A stretch of DNA of 64,000 nucleotides from Desulfomonilia bacterium (GCA_050014195.1 JBEKDT010000001.1:149341-213340); one strand, 5' to 3'. Numbered from the stretch's first letter, positions 25,952-36,808 are shown. Numbers and translations: made by a program. The notes: generated from the letters alone by a model not told the origin.

Positions 25952-27628
25952 TTAAAGGCCCTTCCTGAGCTTGAGGGTCTCGATTTTCAGCTCAGGTATC
26001 TTCTCTTTGGCAACCTTCGACTGAGGGTTGATTTTTAGTGCGGTCTTATATGCATCAAGCGCTGCATCAAGGTTTGTGAGCCTCTTGGGGATATCCTTAC
26101 CTGAAGCCCTGTCCTCGTATGCGTACGCAAGCGCTATGGCCGCATCATAATCCTTGTACCTCTTGAGATACAACGCAGCTGCATCGATGATCTTATCTTG
26201 ATCCTTCATCCCGACAGCAGCACTCACAAGGCCTTTCAAATACTCCTTCCTGGGGGATTTCTTTGCAAGGGACGAATAATATCCGTAGGCATCCTTGTAC
26301 TGACCCAGCTTTAATGATAAGGAGGCTGCAGTCTGAAGTGAATCCATATCACCGGGTTTTAGCTGGAGTACCTTCGCAAAGGCTTCGAGGGCCCCTTTTA
26401 TGTCCCCGGCCTTATCCCGTGCAATGCCGAGGTTATACCAGATCACGCTGTCATTAGGCGACAGTTCCGCGGCCTTCTGGTAATACATCACCTGAGACTT
26501 GGTCTCTCCAAGCTTGCCCATCACCATGGCAAGCTGTGCCAGCGCGTTCTTGTCCTGGGGGTAGCGCTGAACATAACGCTTCAGAAGTTCTCCGGCTTTT
26601 TTAAAATCATTCTTCTTGAGTGCATCTTCGATCAGCGGGATGAGGATATCCCGATCCTTGGCGGTATCTGAAGCGGCCTGATACACATCAAGGGCCTGCC
26701 GATCCATGCCTGCCTGCTCATAGGTCTTGGCCAGATCGACGACCACGGACTCATTGCGCTCATCGAGCTCAAGGGCCTTTTTGAGGTACACAACCCGGTT
26801 TTGGAAATCGCCTTTTTCACCGGCTATGTAGGCCATGCGGCGGTAAATGGTTGCATCCGCCTTGCCCGCATCCACTATTTTTTGGCACATGGCAAGGGCA
26901 TTATCGAAATCTTTCAGTTTGATGTAATACAATGAGAGGTTTGAGTATGCCGTTACATTCGCCGGATCGGCCTCCACAACCCCCTTAAAGATCCCCACCA
27001 AGGCCTGGTAGTCATCCTTCGCACTTAAGAGCTTATCAAGCATATCCAGAAAGTAGGCGTTCTTCGGAAAGGTTGCGTGGGCCGACCTTAAGATGGAAAT
27101 CTTCTCCTCATCGCTCTTGGCCGCCTTGAGCTGATCCATGAAATCCTGCTCGGCCAGCTCCAGCTCCAGCGGGACTTTGGCGATCTTGCGGTCGAGATAG
27201 TAAATATCGATAGGGACTGACTTGATACCGGCAGCAATGAGCTGGTCACGGATCTCGGCCGTATCAATGGGCTCATTCAAGTCGTTTTGCTTTCCAAAGC
27301 CCACCACATCTGCCGTGAGGTATGAATCAAAGAACGTATTCGCATGGATCTTAGTAATGATGATGGTCTCTCCGCCTTTGATCTTGAGTGACTCGCCCGC
27401 CTTCACCACATGGGGAACACCCTCCACATCGATCTCCATGGAGATGAACTGGGGGGGCTTTCTGAAGATGAATGAAATACAGGCCTCCCTGAGCTGCCCG
27501 ACCTTACCCCCAAGGGGGACGATCAGGAACAGGGCCGTAGCAATGGCGATCACCACAATGACCGCAATAACAGTATTCCCCTTGCTCTCTCTCCGTGCCA
27601 TCTTGATAGGTTTTTTGATTATTATCAA
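25952..27628 (-). CDS. membrane-anchored TPR-repeat protein
   Basis: N-terminal TM helix and many TPR-like repeats (A..Y..LG.....G...KA). Confidence 0.7.
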   Translation of the reverse strand: MIIIKKPIKMARRESKGNTVIAVIVVIAIATALFLIVPLGGKVGQLREACISFIFRKPPQFISMEIDVEGVPHVVKAGESLKIKGGETIIITKIHANTFFDSYLTADVVGFGKQNDLNEPIDTAEIRDQLIAAGIKSVPIDIYYLDRKIAKVPLELELAEQDFMDQLKAAKSDEEKISILRSAHATFPKNAYFLDMLDKLLSAKDDYQALVGIFKGVVEADPANVTAYSNLSLYYIKLKDFDNALAMCQKIVDAGKADATIYRRMAYIAGEKGDFQNRVVYLKKALELDERNESVVVDLAKTYEQAGMDRQALDVYQAASDTAKDRDILIPLIEDALKKNDFKKAGELLKRYVQRYPQDKNALAQLAMVMGKLGETKSQVMYYQKAAELSPNDSVIWYNLGIARDKAGDIKGALEAFAKVLQLKPGDMDSLQTAASLSLKLGQYKDAYGYYSSLAKKSPRKEYLKGLVSAAVGMKDQDKIIDAAALYLKRYKDYDAAIALAYAYEDRASGKDIPKRLTNLDAALDAYKTALKINPQSKVAKEKIPELKIETLKLRKGL

Positions 27629-27734
27629 TATCTCTTAAGGTTGTCTATTGCCATCTTCCAGGGTCCAATGAAGCATTTTTCTCATATCCTGGTCATTAGT
27701 CACCAGTCACTAATCAAGACATTCTGTTCATTGA

Positions 27735-28130
27735 TCACTGTTTACAAGCAATACACCCGATCTCCACGAGCACATCTCTTGGCAGTCGGGAGGCTTCCAC
27801 CGTGACGCGGGCCGGTTTTATCTCACCGGGGAAGAATGCGGCATATACCTCATTCATGGCGGCAAAGTCATTGAGGTCCTTGACGAAGACCTCCGTCTTC
27901 ACGACGCTGTTCAGAGATAGCCCTGCCTCATTCAGGATCGCCTCGATGTTCTTGAGCGTCTGGGTAGTCTGCTCTCTGATTCCTCCCGGCACTATGGTGC
28001 CCGATGACGGGTTTAGCGGGATCTGCCCGGAGACGAAAACAAAGCCCCCTGCAACAACTGCCTGGGAATAGGGTCCTATTGCCCTAGGGGCCGCTCGGGT
28101 TGCAATGGCAGTAATCCTGATTTCAGACAT
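27735..28130 (-). CDS. ridA: RidA/YjgF-family reactive-intermediate deaminase
   Basis: GPYSQAV...VFVSGQIP...[18 protein letters not shown]. Confidence 0.8.
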   Translation of the reverse strand: MSEIRITAIATRAAPRAIGPYSQAVVAGGFVFVSGQIPLNPSSGTIVPGGIREQTTQTLKNIEAILNEAGLSLNSVVKTEVFVKDLNDFAAMNEVYAAFFPGEIKPARVTVEASRLPRDVLVEIGCIACKQ

Positions 28131-28359
28131 ATTACTTTTTAGCCTCCTTTCATCTGCAATTTTGATCTGATCAAGGCTGTATCATACCTTAAGACCGTGA
28201 TCCATGGATTTTCTTATACCTTCATGAGCGGTACATGAGGTTTTTTACTGAGGATAAGGCGCATTTTTATGACTTCCTCGGCCCTGGAACTTCTGCTAAG
28301 CTAATAACGCACCTCTTTTTTTAGGGAAAGACCGGTTGTTGAAAAAAGGAGCAGCCCAG

Positions 28360-29496
28360 ATGAAATCCGCTTTCATATACACATCTGCATTCGATACCTA
28401 CAGCCTTGGGTCAGATCATCCCTTTAAGCCCTACAAGGCCACTATGGTCTATGAGCTGTGCTATCGCTACGGCCTCTTCGACCATCCATGGATCAAGATA
28501 TACCAGCCCCACCCTGCAACCGAAGACGTCATGGCCGAGTACCACTCCCGAGAATATATTGATGCACTCAAGGGATGCAATGGCGGCAATTTTGACTTCA
28601 CCATGCTCCATTACGGGCTGGGCACCGGTGACAACCCCGTGTTCAAGGGTGTCTTCGATTTCTCCCTGCTCGTGCTGGGGGCATCGGTCGTCTCTGCAGA
28701 ACTCATCGCATCAGGCGAAGCGGACACGACCTTCAGTCCGGTGGGGGGGCTCCACCACGGGGGGTATGGGCATGCCGAGGGGTTCTGCTATGTGAACGAT
28801 ATCGTGATAGCCATTCACAGACTCTTAAAAACGGGATTCAAGAGAATCCTCTACATAGACATTGACGCACATCACGGCAATGGGGTCCAGGATGCCTTTT
28901 ATGACTCTGAGAAAGTCCTGTTTATCTCACTACATCAGAACGGCGAGTCGCTGTATCCGGGCACCGGTTTTGAGAACGAGATCGGTGAGGGGAAGGGACG
29001 TGGATACACGGTAAACCTGCCGCTTCCGGAATACACCGATGATGAGGCATATGTGAGGGCATTCAAGGCGATCTACCCGGATCTTGTTAAGGCTTATGAG
29101 CCCGAGTGTGTGGTGGCCCAGATAGGGCTTGATACCCTTAAGAAGGACCCGCTCACCAACTTGAGGCTCACCAACAACGGATATTGCGCGGTCATTGAGG
29201 AGATCCGCAAGAGCTGCCCCAGGGTGCTTGCCTTGGGCGGCGGGGGCTACAGTGTGCCGGATGTAGTAAGGGGTTGGACGCTTGCTTGGGCCATACTGAA
29301 CGGAATTGAACCCGTTGATCAGTTTATCGGCAGCGTGGGCAGCGGTGTATACGGTCACGGGCAGGGAATCGATGAGCTCAGGGATCTGCCTCACCGGATA
29401 TCCGATGCCCTAAAAAAGTCAGTGGACAGCTATGTGGACAATAAGATAGCCTATATCAAGACTACGGTGTTTCCCCTCCTCGGTATCAGCTGCTGA
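28360..29496 (+). CDS. histone deacetylase/acetoin-utilisation (AcuC/HDAC) family protein
   Basis: GFCYVNDI, DIDAHHGNG and GGGGY motifs of the arginase/deacetylase fold. Confidence 0.8.
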   Translation: MKSAFIYTSAFDTYSLGSDHPFKPYKATMVYELCYRYGLFDHPWIKIYQPHPATEDVMAEYHSREYIDALKGCNGGNFDFTMLHYGLGTGDNPVFKGVFDFSLLVLGASVVSAELIASGEADTTFSPVGGLHHGGYGHAEGFCYVNDIVIAIHRLLKTGFKRILYIDIDAHHGNGVQDAFYDSEKVLFISLHQNGESLYPGTGFENEIGEGKGRGYTVNLPLPEYTDDEAYVRAFKAIYPDLVKAYEPECVVAQIGLDTLKKDPLTNLRLTNNGYCAVIEEIRKSCPRVLALGGGGYSVPDVVRGWTLAWAILNGIEPVDQFIGSVGSGVYGHGQGIDELRDLPHRISDALKKSVDSYVDNKIAYIKTTVFPLLGISC

Positions 29497-29552
29497 TGCG
29501 TATGCATGTTTCTCCGAGTAGGGGCTTAAGAGATTCGATGCGGGGTGATGCC

Positions 29553-29948
29553 ATGGGTGATGAGAAGAAAGAAGAAAAAAAAAGCTATACTTTCCTGGAT
29601 AAAAGGGGACTCGACCAGGGGGCAGCAGAGGCCCCTCAAGAAACCACGAAGTTTGATCCTCAGCCTCAAGAAGGGAAGAACCAGAGGGGCTCTGCCCCGG
29701 CCATCGACTTTACAACGCTGGTCATGAGCTTTGCCAGCGCTGCCCTGGTCAGTATGGGCAGGGTGCCTGACCCTGCCGTCGGAACGGTCCAGAAGAACCT
29801 TGTTATTGCCCAGCAGAATATAGACATTATTCACCTCCTCCACGAGAAGACCAAAGGAAATCTCACTGCCGATGAGGAACGCTTGATGGATCAGGTCCTC
29901 TATGAGCTGAGGATGAGTTATGTCGATGCAACAAAGGAAGAGAGATGA
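29553..29948 (+). CDS. DUF1844-domain protein
   Basis: Lys/Glu-rich N-terminus then F..LV.S.A..A...LG pattern. Sits immediately upstream of htrA. Confidence 0.55.
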   Translation: MGDEKKEEKKSYTFLDKRGLDQGAAEAPQETTKFDPQPQEGKNQRGSAPAIDFTTLVMSFASAALVSMGRVPDPAVGTVQKNLVIAQQNIDIIHLLHEKTKGNLTADEERLMDQVLYELRMSYVDATKEER

Positions 29949-31441
29949 CAGTCAAGAAAAAATTCGGGTTTTATGGGGCTCTGCTCATGGTGGCAGTGTG
30001 CTCGGCGGTCGTTGGTATGTTCATAGCCTCCTCGCTGAAGATAGATTCGGTGAGCCAGGCCAGTCCCTTCTGGAAAGAGGGTTCTGCCCCGGCCCAGATG
30101 AAGGTTCCCCTCCCAAGTTTTTCGTCGCTCGCCAAGGAGGTAACACCTACGGTTGTGAACATACGGACCACAAAGAATCTGGCCAACAAAGACCTCTATC
30201 GCAAGTTTGAGCCGCCGCCTGGATATGATGAATGGTTCGATGATTTTTTCAAGAAATTCTTCAATAACATCCCCGAGCAGGACCTCCAGCAGCGAAGCCT
30301 GGGTTCCGGCTTCATCATCTCTGCCGACGGGTATGTGCTGACCAACAACCATGTGGTGAGCGGTGCTGATGAGATATTCGTCTCGCTCGCCGATAAGGAA
30401 GAGTTCAAGGCCAAGGTGGTAGGGACCGACGACAAGACGGATATCGCTCTCATTAAGATTACTGCCGAGAAGTATAACTTTCCTGTGGCCGTGCTCGGTG
30501 ATTCGGATGCCCTGGAGATCGGCGAATGGGTTATTGCCATCGGCAATCCCTTCGGATTCGGCCATACACTCACCCAGGGCATCGTATCAGCCAAGTCTCG
30601 GGTCATCGGTGCGGGTCCTTATGACAATTTTATCCAGACCGACGCAGCCATCAATCCCGGCAACTCGGGAGGCCCGCTCATGAACATGCAGGGTCAGGTT
30701 GTCGGCATTAACACTGCCATTGTGGCCTCCGGCCAGGGTATTGGATTTGCCACTCCCATCAACATGGCAAAGGAGATCCTGTCGGAACTCAAGGACAAAG
30801 GAGAAGTGGCGCGCGGGTGGCTCGGTGTTGCTATCCAGGAGGTAACGCCCGAGATTGCACGTGCTGTAGGGTTGAAGGAGCCGAAAGGCGCCATGGTCAC
30901 AACCGTTTATGCCGGCGACCCGGCGGACAAGGCAGGGATCAAGCCGGGCGATATCATCCTCAAGATCAATTCGCAAGAGGTCACGGATTCCCGTTCACTC
31001 ACCAGGATGATCGGCAGCCTGAAGCCTGATGTAAAAATTACCATTACCGTATGGAGAGATAGCCGCACACTCGATCTTTCCACCAAGTTGCAGAAAAGGG
31101 TCGATGAGCATGTGGCTAAACTTGGGAAAGGTCCCCAGCAAAAAGACCAAGGAGTCAGGGACAGACTCGGACTCACGGTTATGGATATTACACCCGAGGT
31201 CCAGAGGGAGTTCAACATCTCAGAACCGGGCGGTGTGATCGTGATCGAGATTGAACCCAAGAGCAGTGCCGCCAGGGGCCAAATCCAGAAGATGGACATC
31301 ATCAAGGAAGTTGAACACAAGGCTGTGAATTCTGCTGAGGAATACCTCTCTGCCATCTCTGCAAAGAAGAAAGGCAAACCTGTGCTGCTGCTGGTTGTGA
31401 GGGGATCGAAGAGCCTGTACGTGGCTGTTGACGACGATTGA
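29945..31441 (+). CDS. htrA: periplasmic serine endoprotease DegP/HtrA (two PDZ domains)
   Basis: TNNHVV (His), TDIALIKI (Asp), GNSGGPL (Ser), then two PDZ-like segments. Confidence 0.9.
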   Translation: MTVKKKFGFYGALLMVAVCSAVVGMFIASSLKIDSVSQASPFWKEGSAPAQMKVPLPSFSSLAKEVTPTVVNIRTTKNLANKDLYRKFEPPPGYDEWFDDFFKKFFNNIPEQDLQQRSLGSGFIISADGYVLTNNHVVSGADEIFVSLADKEEFKAKVVGTDDKTDIALIKITAEKYNFPVAVLGDSDALEIGEWVIAIGNPFGFGHTLTQGIVSAKSRVIGAGPYDNFIQTDAAINPGNSGGPLMNMQGQVVGINTAIVASGQGIGFATPINMAKEILSELKDKGEVARGWLGVAIQEVTPEIARAVGLKEPKGAMVTTVYAGDPADKAGIKPGDIILKINSQEVTDSRSLTRMIGSLKPDVKITITVWRDSRTLDLSTKLQKRVDEHVAKLGKGPQQKDQGVRDRLGLTVMDITPEVQREFNISEPGGVIVIEIEPKSSAARGQIQKMDIIKEVEHKAVNSAEEYLSAISAKKKGKPVLLLVVRGSKSLYVAVDDD

Positions 31442-32322
31442 AGATCTTTGCTCCCGCCAAGATCAACATCTACCTCGAGGTTCTCGGCAAGAGGCCCGAC
31501 GGCTACCATGAGTTGCGCACCATCATGGTGCCGCTGGCTTTTGGTGATGAGATCTTTCTTGATGCCGCCCCTTCAGGGATTACCCTGGATGCCGAAGGGT
31601 GTGGATGCTCTGAATCGGATAATCTTGCTTACCGGGCTGCACGGTTTTTTTTCGCCAAGACGGGTATAGACCAAGGCGTGATTATAAGGATCATAAAAAG
31701 GATACCTGTCGGCGCCGGCCTGGGAGGAGGGAGCAGTGATGCATCAAGCGTCCTTTTGGGTATGAATGTACTTTTCAAGACGGGCCTTGGCATGGAAGAG
31801 CTTTCCCGTCTTGCAGGCGAGCTGGGTGCAGACTGTCCCTTCTTTATCTACCGCAGGCCCATGCTCATGGGCTCGCGAGGGGATGTCCCCATCTCTGAGG
31901 TAAGAATCAAGGAACGTTCATATCTTATTGTTATACCCCCGGTCAGCATATCGACGGCCTTAGTTTTTTCAAATTTAACCTTGCCATTGACTCAAGACGG
32001 GAATAGAATTAAAATAGATAAGATTAGGTACAATTGCATTGAGCCTGAGCTCTGGGTCAGAAACGACCTGGAAGTTGTGGCTTGTGATATTTATCCCGAG
32101 CTTACAAGAATTAAAGGAGAGCTTATCAGTTCGGGGGCGCTGAAAGCAGGAATGTCGGGTAGCGGTTCGGCTGTTTTTGGTGTTTACGAATCGGAAGCTC
32201 ACCTTTGCAGTGCATTGAGCCGCCTCGCACGGCATGAGGGGTATATTTATATACCCACAACAAGATTGACGGGGGATATGTATGGAGATTACAGAGGTCA
32301 AGGTGTTTCCGGTCAAGGATAA
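31438..32322 (+). CDS. ispE: 4-diphosphocytidyl-2-C-methyl-D-erythritol kinase IspE
   Basis: KINIYLEVLGKRPDGYHEL and PVGAGLGGGSSDAS. An apparent TTG start overlaps the htrA TGA stop. Confidence 0.85.
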   Translation: MKIFAPAKINIYLEVLGKRPDGYHELRTIMVPLAFGDEIFLDAAPSGITLDAEGCGCSESDNLAYRAARFFFAKTGIDQGVIIRIIKRIPVGAGLGGGSSDASSVLLGMNVLFKTGLGMEELSRLAGELGADCPFFIYRRPMLMGSRGDVPISEVRIKERSYLIVIPPVSISTALVFSNLTLPLTQDGNRIKIDKIRYNCIEPELWVRNDLEVVACDIYPELTRIKGELISSGALKAGMSGSGSAVFGVYESEAHLCSALSRLARHEGYIYIPTTRLTGDMYGDYRGQGVSGQG

Positions 32323-32548
32323 CGATAAACTCAAGGCCTATGCCTCTATTGTCTTTGATGACTGCTTTGTTATCCGCGACTTAAGGGTCATTAGTGGGAC
32401 AACGGGTTTATTTGTAGCAATGCCTTCTCGGAAGCGCAAAGATGGTTCCTTTCGAGACACTGCACATCCTCTGAACATGGAAACGAGGGATAAGATTGAG
32501 AAATCCATTCTCGAATCCTACAAACTAAAGATTGCCAACGAAGTCTAA
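32282..32548 (+). CDS. spoVG: septation protein SpoVG
   Basis: MEITEVKVFPVKDNDKLKAYASIVFDDCFVIRDLRVI. Confidence 0.85.
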   Translation: MEITEVKVFPVKDNDKLKAYASIVFDDCFVIRDLRVISGTTGLFVAMPSRKRKDGSFRDTAHPLNMETRDKIEKSILESYKLKIANEV

Positions 32549-32592
32549 TTCAACTATATTCCGTCCCGGTAACCGGATGGCTTCCAAGGTAC

Positions 32593-32666
32593 TGGGATGT
32601 CGTCTAATGGCAGGACACGAGATTTTGGATCTCGTTATGGAGGTTCGAATCCTCCCGTCCCAGCCA
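32593..32666 (+). tRNA. tRNA-Gln (anticodon TTG)
   Basis: Acceptor stem tgggatg/cgtccca, anticodon stem cgaga/tctcg with loop ttttgga, T arm ggagg-ttcgaat-cctcc, encoded CCA. Confidence 0.75.
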
Positions 32667-32755
32667 CATTGAGTAATATAATACAGCCTAATGTGAAGTT
32701 GTTTGTTTTTTACATCCCGGTAGCCATGAAACTCCAGGAGGGCAAAGATGGCCTC

Positions 32756-32800
32756 TCATTGAGAGGGTATGGGCCATACCCTCAATACGTTGTTTCCATT
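32756..32800 (+). terminator. possible hairpin terminator after tRNA-Gln
   Basis: Stem gagggtat / ataccctc with an extended imperfect stem, followed by a T-rich run gtttccattcttt. Confidence 0.3.
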
Positions 32801-32841
32801 CTTTAAATGTTAGGCTCATCCTGTATAAGAGGGAAGAAACA

Positions 32842-33783
32842 ATGAACTCAAGCATCTGTGTATTGGCAGGGAACTCCAATAGGCCGCTTACCGAGAGCAT
32901 CTGCAGGATTTTAGGCGTTGGTCTCGGCCTCGGGGATGTTAAACGTTTTTCCGATGGTGAGACATCAGTAGATATCCACGAGAGCATTCGCGGCAAAGAC
33001 ATCTTTATCGTCCAGTCCACCTGCTCACCTACGAATGAGCATCTCATGGAACTCCTGGTGATGCTTGATGCAACCAGGCGTGCATCGGCCAAGAGGATCA
33101 CGGCCGTCATCCCCTACTTCGGTTATGCCCGGCAGGACCGCAAGGCCTCACCCAGAGCCCCTATTACTGCAAAGCTTGTTGCCAATCTGCTGACCGTGGC
33201 AGGGGCGGACAGGGTGCTCACCATGGATCTCCATGCAGGCCAGATCCAGGGTTTTTTCGATATCCCTGTGGATAATCTGTATGCCAAGCCTGTGATGCTG
33301 GGCCATATCCGTGACAAGTATCCTGATGACCTGTGCATCGTGGCCCCGGATGCAGGGGGTGTGGAAAGGGCCAGGGCCTATGCCAAGCCGCTGAAAGGTG
33401 AGCTTGCCATTATCGACAAGAGGCGGGAGCGGGCCAATGAATCCAATGTGATGCACATCATCGGTGATGTGACCGGAAAGATATGCCTTATTGTGGATGA
33501 CATCGTGGACACTGCAGGCACGCTGACCAACGGCGCGACAGCCCTCCTAGAGGCCGGGGCCAAAAAGGTGGTGGCATGCTGCTCTCACGGTGTGCTTTCA
33601 GGTCCGGCCATCAGCCGTATCAGCACCTCCGGAATTGACGATCTCATCATTACTGACACCATTCCGTTGCATGCCGATGCCATCGCATGCGGCAAGATCA
33701 CCGTGCTGAGTGTGGCACCGCTGCTGGCCGAGGCCATCAAGCGTACGTATACCGGCTCATCGGTAAGCGAGCTGTTTCTTTAG
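32842..33783 (+). CDS. prs: ribose-phosphate pyrophosphokinase
   Basis: VIPYFGYARQDRK and the PRPP-binding region DDIVDTAGT. Confidence 0.9.
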   Translation: MNSSICVLAGNSNRPLTESICRILGVGLGLGDVKRFSDGETSVDIHESIRGKDIFIVQSTCSPTNEHLMELLVMLDATRRASAKRITAVIPYFGYARQDRKASPRAPITAKLVANLLTVAGADRVLTMDLHAGQIQGFFDIPVDNLYAKPVMLGHIRDKYPDDLCIVAPDAGGVERARAYAKPLKGELAIIDKRRERANESNVMHIIGDVTGKICLIVDDIVDTAGTLTNGATALLEAGAKKVVACCSHGVLSGPAISRISTSGIDDLIITDTIPLHADAIACGKITVLSVAPLLAEAIKRTYTGSSVSELFL

Positions 33784-35279
33784 CCCTTACCCATCTCAGG
33801 CCTGAATTGGAGCGCCTCTGCAATGTGGGAGTCCCGGATATCAGGGCATGCCTCCAGATCCGCGATGGTCCGGGCTACTTTTATAACCCGGGTGAATCCC
33901 CTCATACTCAAGTTATATCTCGTCATGGCGGTAATAAGGAGTTCTTTTGATGTTTGCGTTAGGCTGCATGTCTCTTCAAGACGGTTATCAGGCATCTTGG
34001 CATTCAGATAGCCCCTGTCTGTCTGCAAAAAACGTGCGGCTGTCACCCTCTCACGAACAGGTTCGGATGAGGGTCTATCTCGAGGATTCAGCACACTCTT
34101 TATGTCTACAGGGTCCACCCAGACATGGAGGTCGATACGGTCTATGAGCGGACCTGATAGACGGGAGCGGTATTTGGCGACCAGAAGTGGAGGGCATCGG
34201 CACTCCTTTGAAGGGTGGCCGAGATATCCGCATGGACACGGGTTAAGGGCGGCCACGAGCTGGAAACCGGCCTTAAAGGTGAAGGCCGAGCTTGCCCGTG
34301 AGATGGTCACGTGTCCGTCCTCCAACGGCTGTCGCATGGACTCCAGGGCGCTGCGCCTGAATTCCAGCAGCTCATCCAGAAAGAGGACCCCGTTATGGGC
34401 AAGGCTCACCTCGCCGGGGGTTGGTATGGTGCCCCCGCCGATAAGTCCCGCATCAGAGATGGTATGGTGAGGGGATCTGAAAGGACGTATGCATACTATC
34501 GCATTCTTTCTGAGCTTGCCGGCAGCCGAATAGATCGAGGTGCACTCCAGGATCTCCTCTTTTGTCAATGGCGGCAGGATCGTAGGTAAGCGTTTTGCCA
34601 GCATGGACTTGCCTGTACCAGGCGGGCCGACCATGAGGAGGTTATGGCCTCCTGCAGCGGCAATCTCCAAGGCCCGCTTGGCAAAGGCCTGCCCGCTGAT
34701 CTCGGAGAGGTCAAGGCCGATAGTTTCCTGTGCCGTGAGGTCTATCCGGGGTACCTGCCGAAGGGTGATCTCCTCTCCTCTGAGAATGGCAAAAGCCTCT
34801 TTGAGGCTTGTGACCGGCAGGACCTCAACCTCTGCCAGATGCGCCTCCTGGGCGTTCTGAACCGGGCAGATAATCCCTTTGAGACCCATGCGTCTGGTGA
34901 GGAATGCAGCCGAGATCACTCCGCGCACGGGTCGTACACTGCCGTCAAGACCGAGCTCCCCCATGAGGAGGTAGCTGCTCAGAATATCCCTGGGCACAAG
35001 GCCCAATGCAGCCAGGATGGCAATCGAGACGGGCAGGTCAAAGGTCCCGCCCTCCTTCCTGACATCCGCAGGGGCAAGGTTCACGGTAATGCGCCTGGGC
35101 GGAAAGTCCAGCCCTGAATTCACGATAGCCGATCTTACCCGTTCCCTGCTCTCCTTCACCGCGCTGTCGGGCAGACCCACGATGGCAAAATACGGCAGAC
35201 CTCCCTGTATATCAGCTTCCACAACAACGCCCAGCGCATCAGTGCCCCACAGGGTGGCTGACTGCACGCTTGCGTTCAT
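33780..35279 (-). CDS. comM: YifB/ComM-family Mg-chelatase-like AAA+ ATPase
   Basis: N-terminal Lon-like domain and a Walker A motif (GPPGTGKS). Confidence 0.85.
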   Translation of the reverse strand: MNASVQSATLWGTDALGVVVEADIQGGLPYFAIVGLPDSAVKESRERVRSAIVNSGLDFPPRRITVNLAPADVRKEGGTFDLPVSIAILAALGLVPRDILSSYLLMGELGLDGSVRPVRGVISAAFLTRRMGLKGIICPVQNAQEAHLAEVEVLPVTSLKEAFAILRGEEITLRQVPRIDLTAQETIGLDLSEISGQAFAKRALEIAAAGGHNLLMVGPPGTGKSMLAKRLPTILPPLTKEEILECTSIYSAAGKLRKNAIVCIRPFRSPHHTISDAGLIGGGTIPTPGEVSLAHNGVLFLDELLEFRRSALESMRQPLEDGHVTISRASSAFTFKAGFQLVAALNPCPCGYLGHPSKECRCPPLLVAKYRSRLSGPLIDRIDLHVWVDPVDIKSVLNPRDRPSSEPVRERVTAARFLQTDRGYLNAKMPDNRLEETCSLTQTSKELLITAMTRYNLSMRGFTRVIKVARTIADLEACPDIRDSHIAEALQFRPEMGKG

Positions 35280-35394
35280 TATGATGGCATTTTAACAGAA
35301 TCATGATGTCGTGTACAAGTGAACAGTGTCAGAAAGTGACTAGTGAGAGGATATGCTTTAATCCGATATTCGCAATCTAAGAATAATAGTGCCT

Positions 35395-35871
35395 CTAGCG
35401 TTTGGTACTCCATATCTTTGTAATCGAAGCTAAACCCATATCGAAATAAAAGATAAAAACCGTAATGGCTAGGAGGCTGAGGTCCCGGACAAGATAGATC
35501 CAGGAGATTCTTTGTGCCTCTTTTGTTGTAGTAAAGCACCCGCAGGAGATATCAAGCCCATGAAAGAGGGCTATGCCAAGGGCAAAGGCAAACATGAACA
35601 AGAGCCCTGAGATGATCAGCAAGCTGCCGGGGATGAATATTCCGAGAAGAAGTGCAATGCCGGTGATCATCTCAACGAAGGGGAGCCCCACGCTGAAAGG
35701 ATTTACCAGGACTACAGGCAGTATTCGGTAGTTGGCGACGGCCTCGGCGAATCCCTTCGGATCAAGGAAATGGACCACCCCGGTGTAGAGGAACATGGCG
35801 CCGAGAATGACTCGGAATGCTAAAGACAGATACGTGCTAATTCTTGCCTGACCCGCCGAGAGCTCCATCAC
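35395..35871 (-). CDS. DoxX/MauE-family membrane protein
   Basis: Four TM helices with a C-terminal DISCGCF motif. Confidence 0.65.
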   Translation of the reverse strand: MMELSAGQARISTYLSLAFRVILGAMFLYTGVVHFLDPKGFAEAVANYRILPVVLVNPFSVGLPFVEMITGIALLLGIFIPGSLLIISGLLFMFAFALGIALFHGLDISCGCFTTTKEAQRISWIYLVRDLSLLAITVFIFYFDMGLASITKIWSTKR

Positions 35872-36367
35872 CTACCCCTTCATCGATGGGATAACCCTTT
35901 TCCATCCATCCCTGCCAGCCGTCAGCAAACTCGCCCAAAGACTTGATTCCCTTCTTCCGGAGGGCTTCTGCGAGAACTCGTGCCTTGCCGCACCCTTGCC
36001 CATCACAGTAGGTAATGAAGATCTTACCGCCACCCTCCATTTCCTGGAGCCATGTCAGTTTCGTCTCCACCTTTTCCAGGGGCACATGGAAGGCGCCCGG
36101 CAGATGGCCCGAGACATAGGCTCCCTCTTCCCTCGCATCGAGGAAGAGTGCCCTGCCTGCCTTGAGGAGTTGCATGCATTCATCTGCCGAATAGATCTTG
36201 AGGGCATCTGTCGGTGTTGCGGTATCTTTCGGACTTCCTTTCCCCGACAGGAAGGTAAGCCCACCCGGCCTGAGCGCATTGATTGAAAAGGCCAGGGCAA
36301 GGCTCAGGACAAGGATAACAGCTGCCTCTCCAAAAGCCTTTCCGATCTTTGAATGGAATCCTGACAT
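35837..36367 (-). CDS. membrane-anchored rhodanese-domain sulfurtransferase
   Basis: Rhodanese fold with active-site Cys in ITYCDGQGCG. Start chosen at MSGFHS (36367); the track start at 36523 is also possible. Confidence 0.65.
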   Translation of the reverse strand: MSGFHSKIGKAFGEAAVILVLSLALAFSINALRPGGLTFLSGKGSPKDTATPTDALKIYSADECMQLLKAGRALFLDAREEGAYVSGHLPGAFHVPLEKVETKLTWLQEMEGGGKIFITYCDGQGCGKARVLAEALRKKGIKSLGEFADGWQGWMEKGYPIDEGVGDGALGGSGKN

Positions 36368-36506
36368 ATCCCCGCCAACCTTCTTGACGAATAATGAGAT
36401 AACACATCCTGCCACATTGCTTATCACAGAGATCTTTGTCCAGATCAAGTACCTCGTGGGTCGAGGAATTCTGCAGCTAGAACAAGAGGGTTGAACAGCC
36501 CTCTTC

Positions 36507-36695
36507 TCATGCCGCCCTGTCATGGAAAAAGCGCATCAGGAACTCCGCATCGGCCGGAGAAAGGTTAAATTCAAAGATCGCCTTATTCAGAAGCTTCTGC
36601 ACTGACTGGTTGGGGTTATTATCCAAGCGTTCCGACACCCATTTGATTGCATTCTTTATTTCTTCTCTTTCATATCTTTCCAAGATCGTTTTCAT
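36507..36695 (-). CDS. hypothetical small protein (62 aa)
   Basis: ORF only. Confidence 0.35.
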   Translation of the reverse strand: MKTILERYEREEIKNAIKWVSERLDNNPNQSVQKLLNKAIFEFNLSPADAEFLMRFFHDRAA

Positions 36696-36808
36696 AACAA
36701 TACCTCCTACTCAGTACGTCATTCATTTCCTTGGCTATTATGATGTACATATTTTTGATGCTCATCTTAAGAAAAGAGATACAACATTGTATGGTAATAA
36801 TGGATATC

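Noticed and set aside
27660-27710. Quasi-palindrome attagtcaccagtcactaat upstream of the TPR protein gene
   Set aside because: The inverted symmetry is imperfect; it is mostly a tandem agtcac repeat. No evidence for a specific operator.
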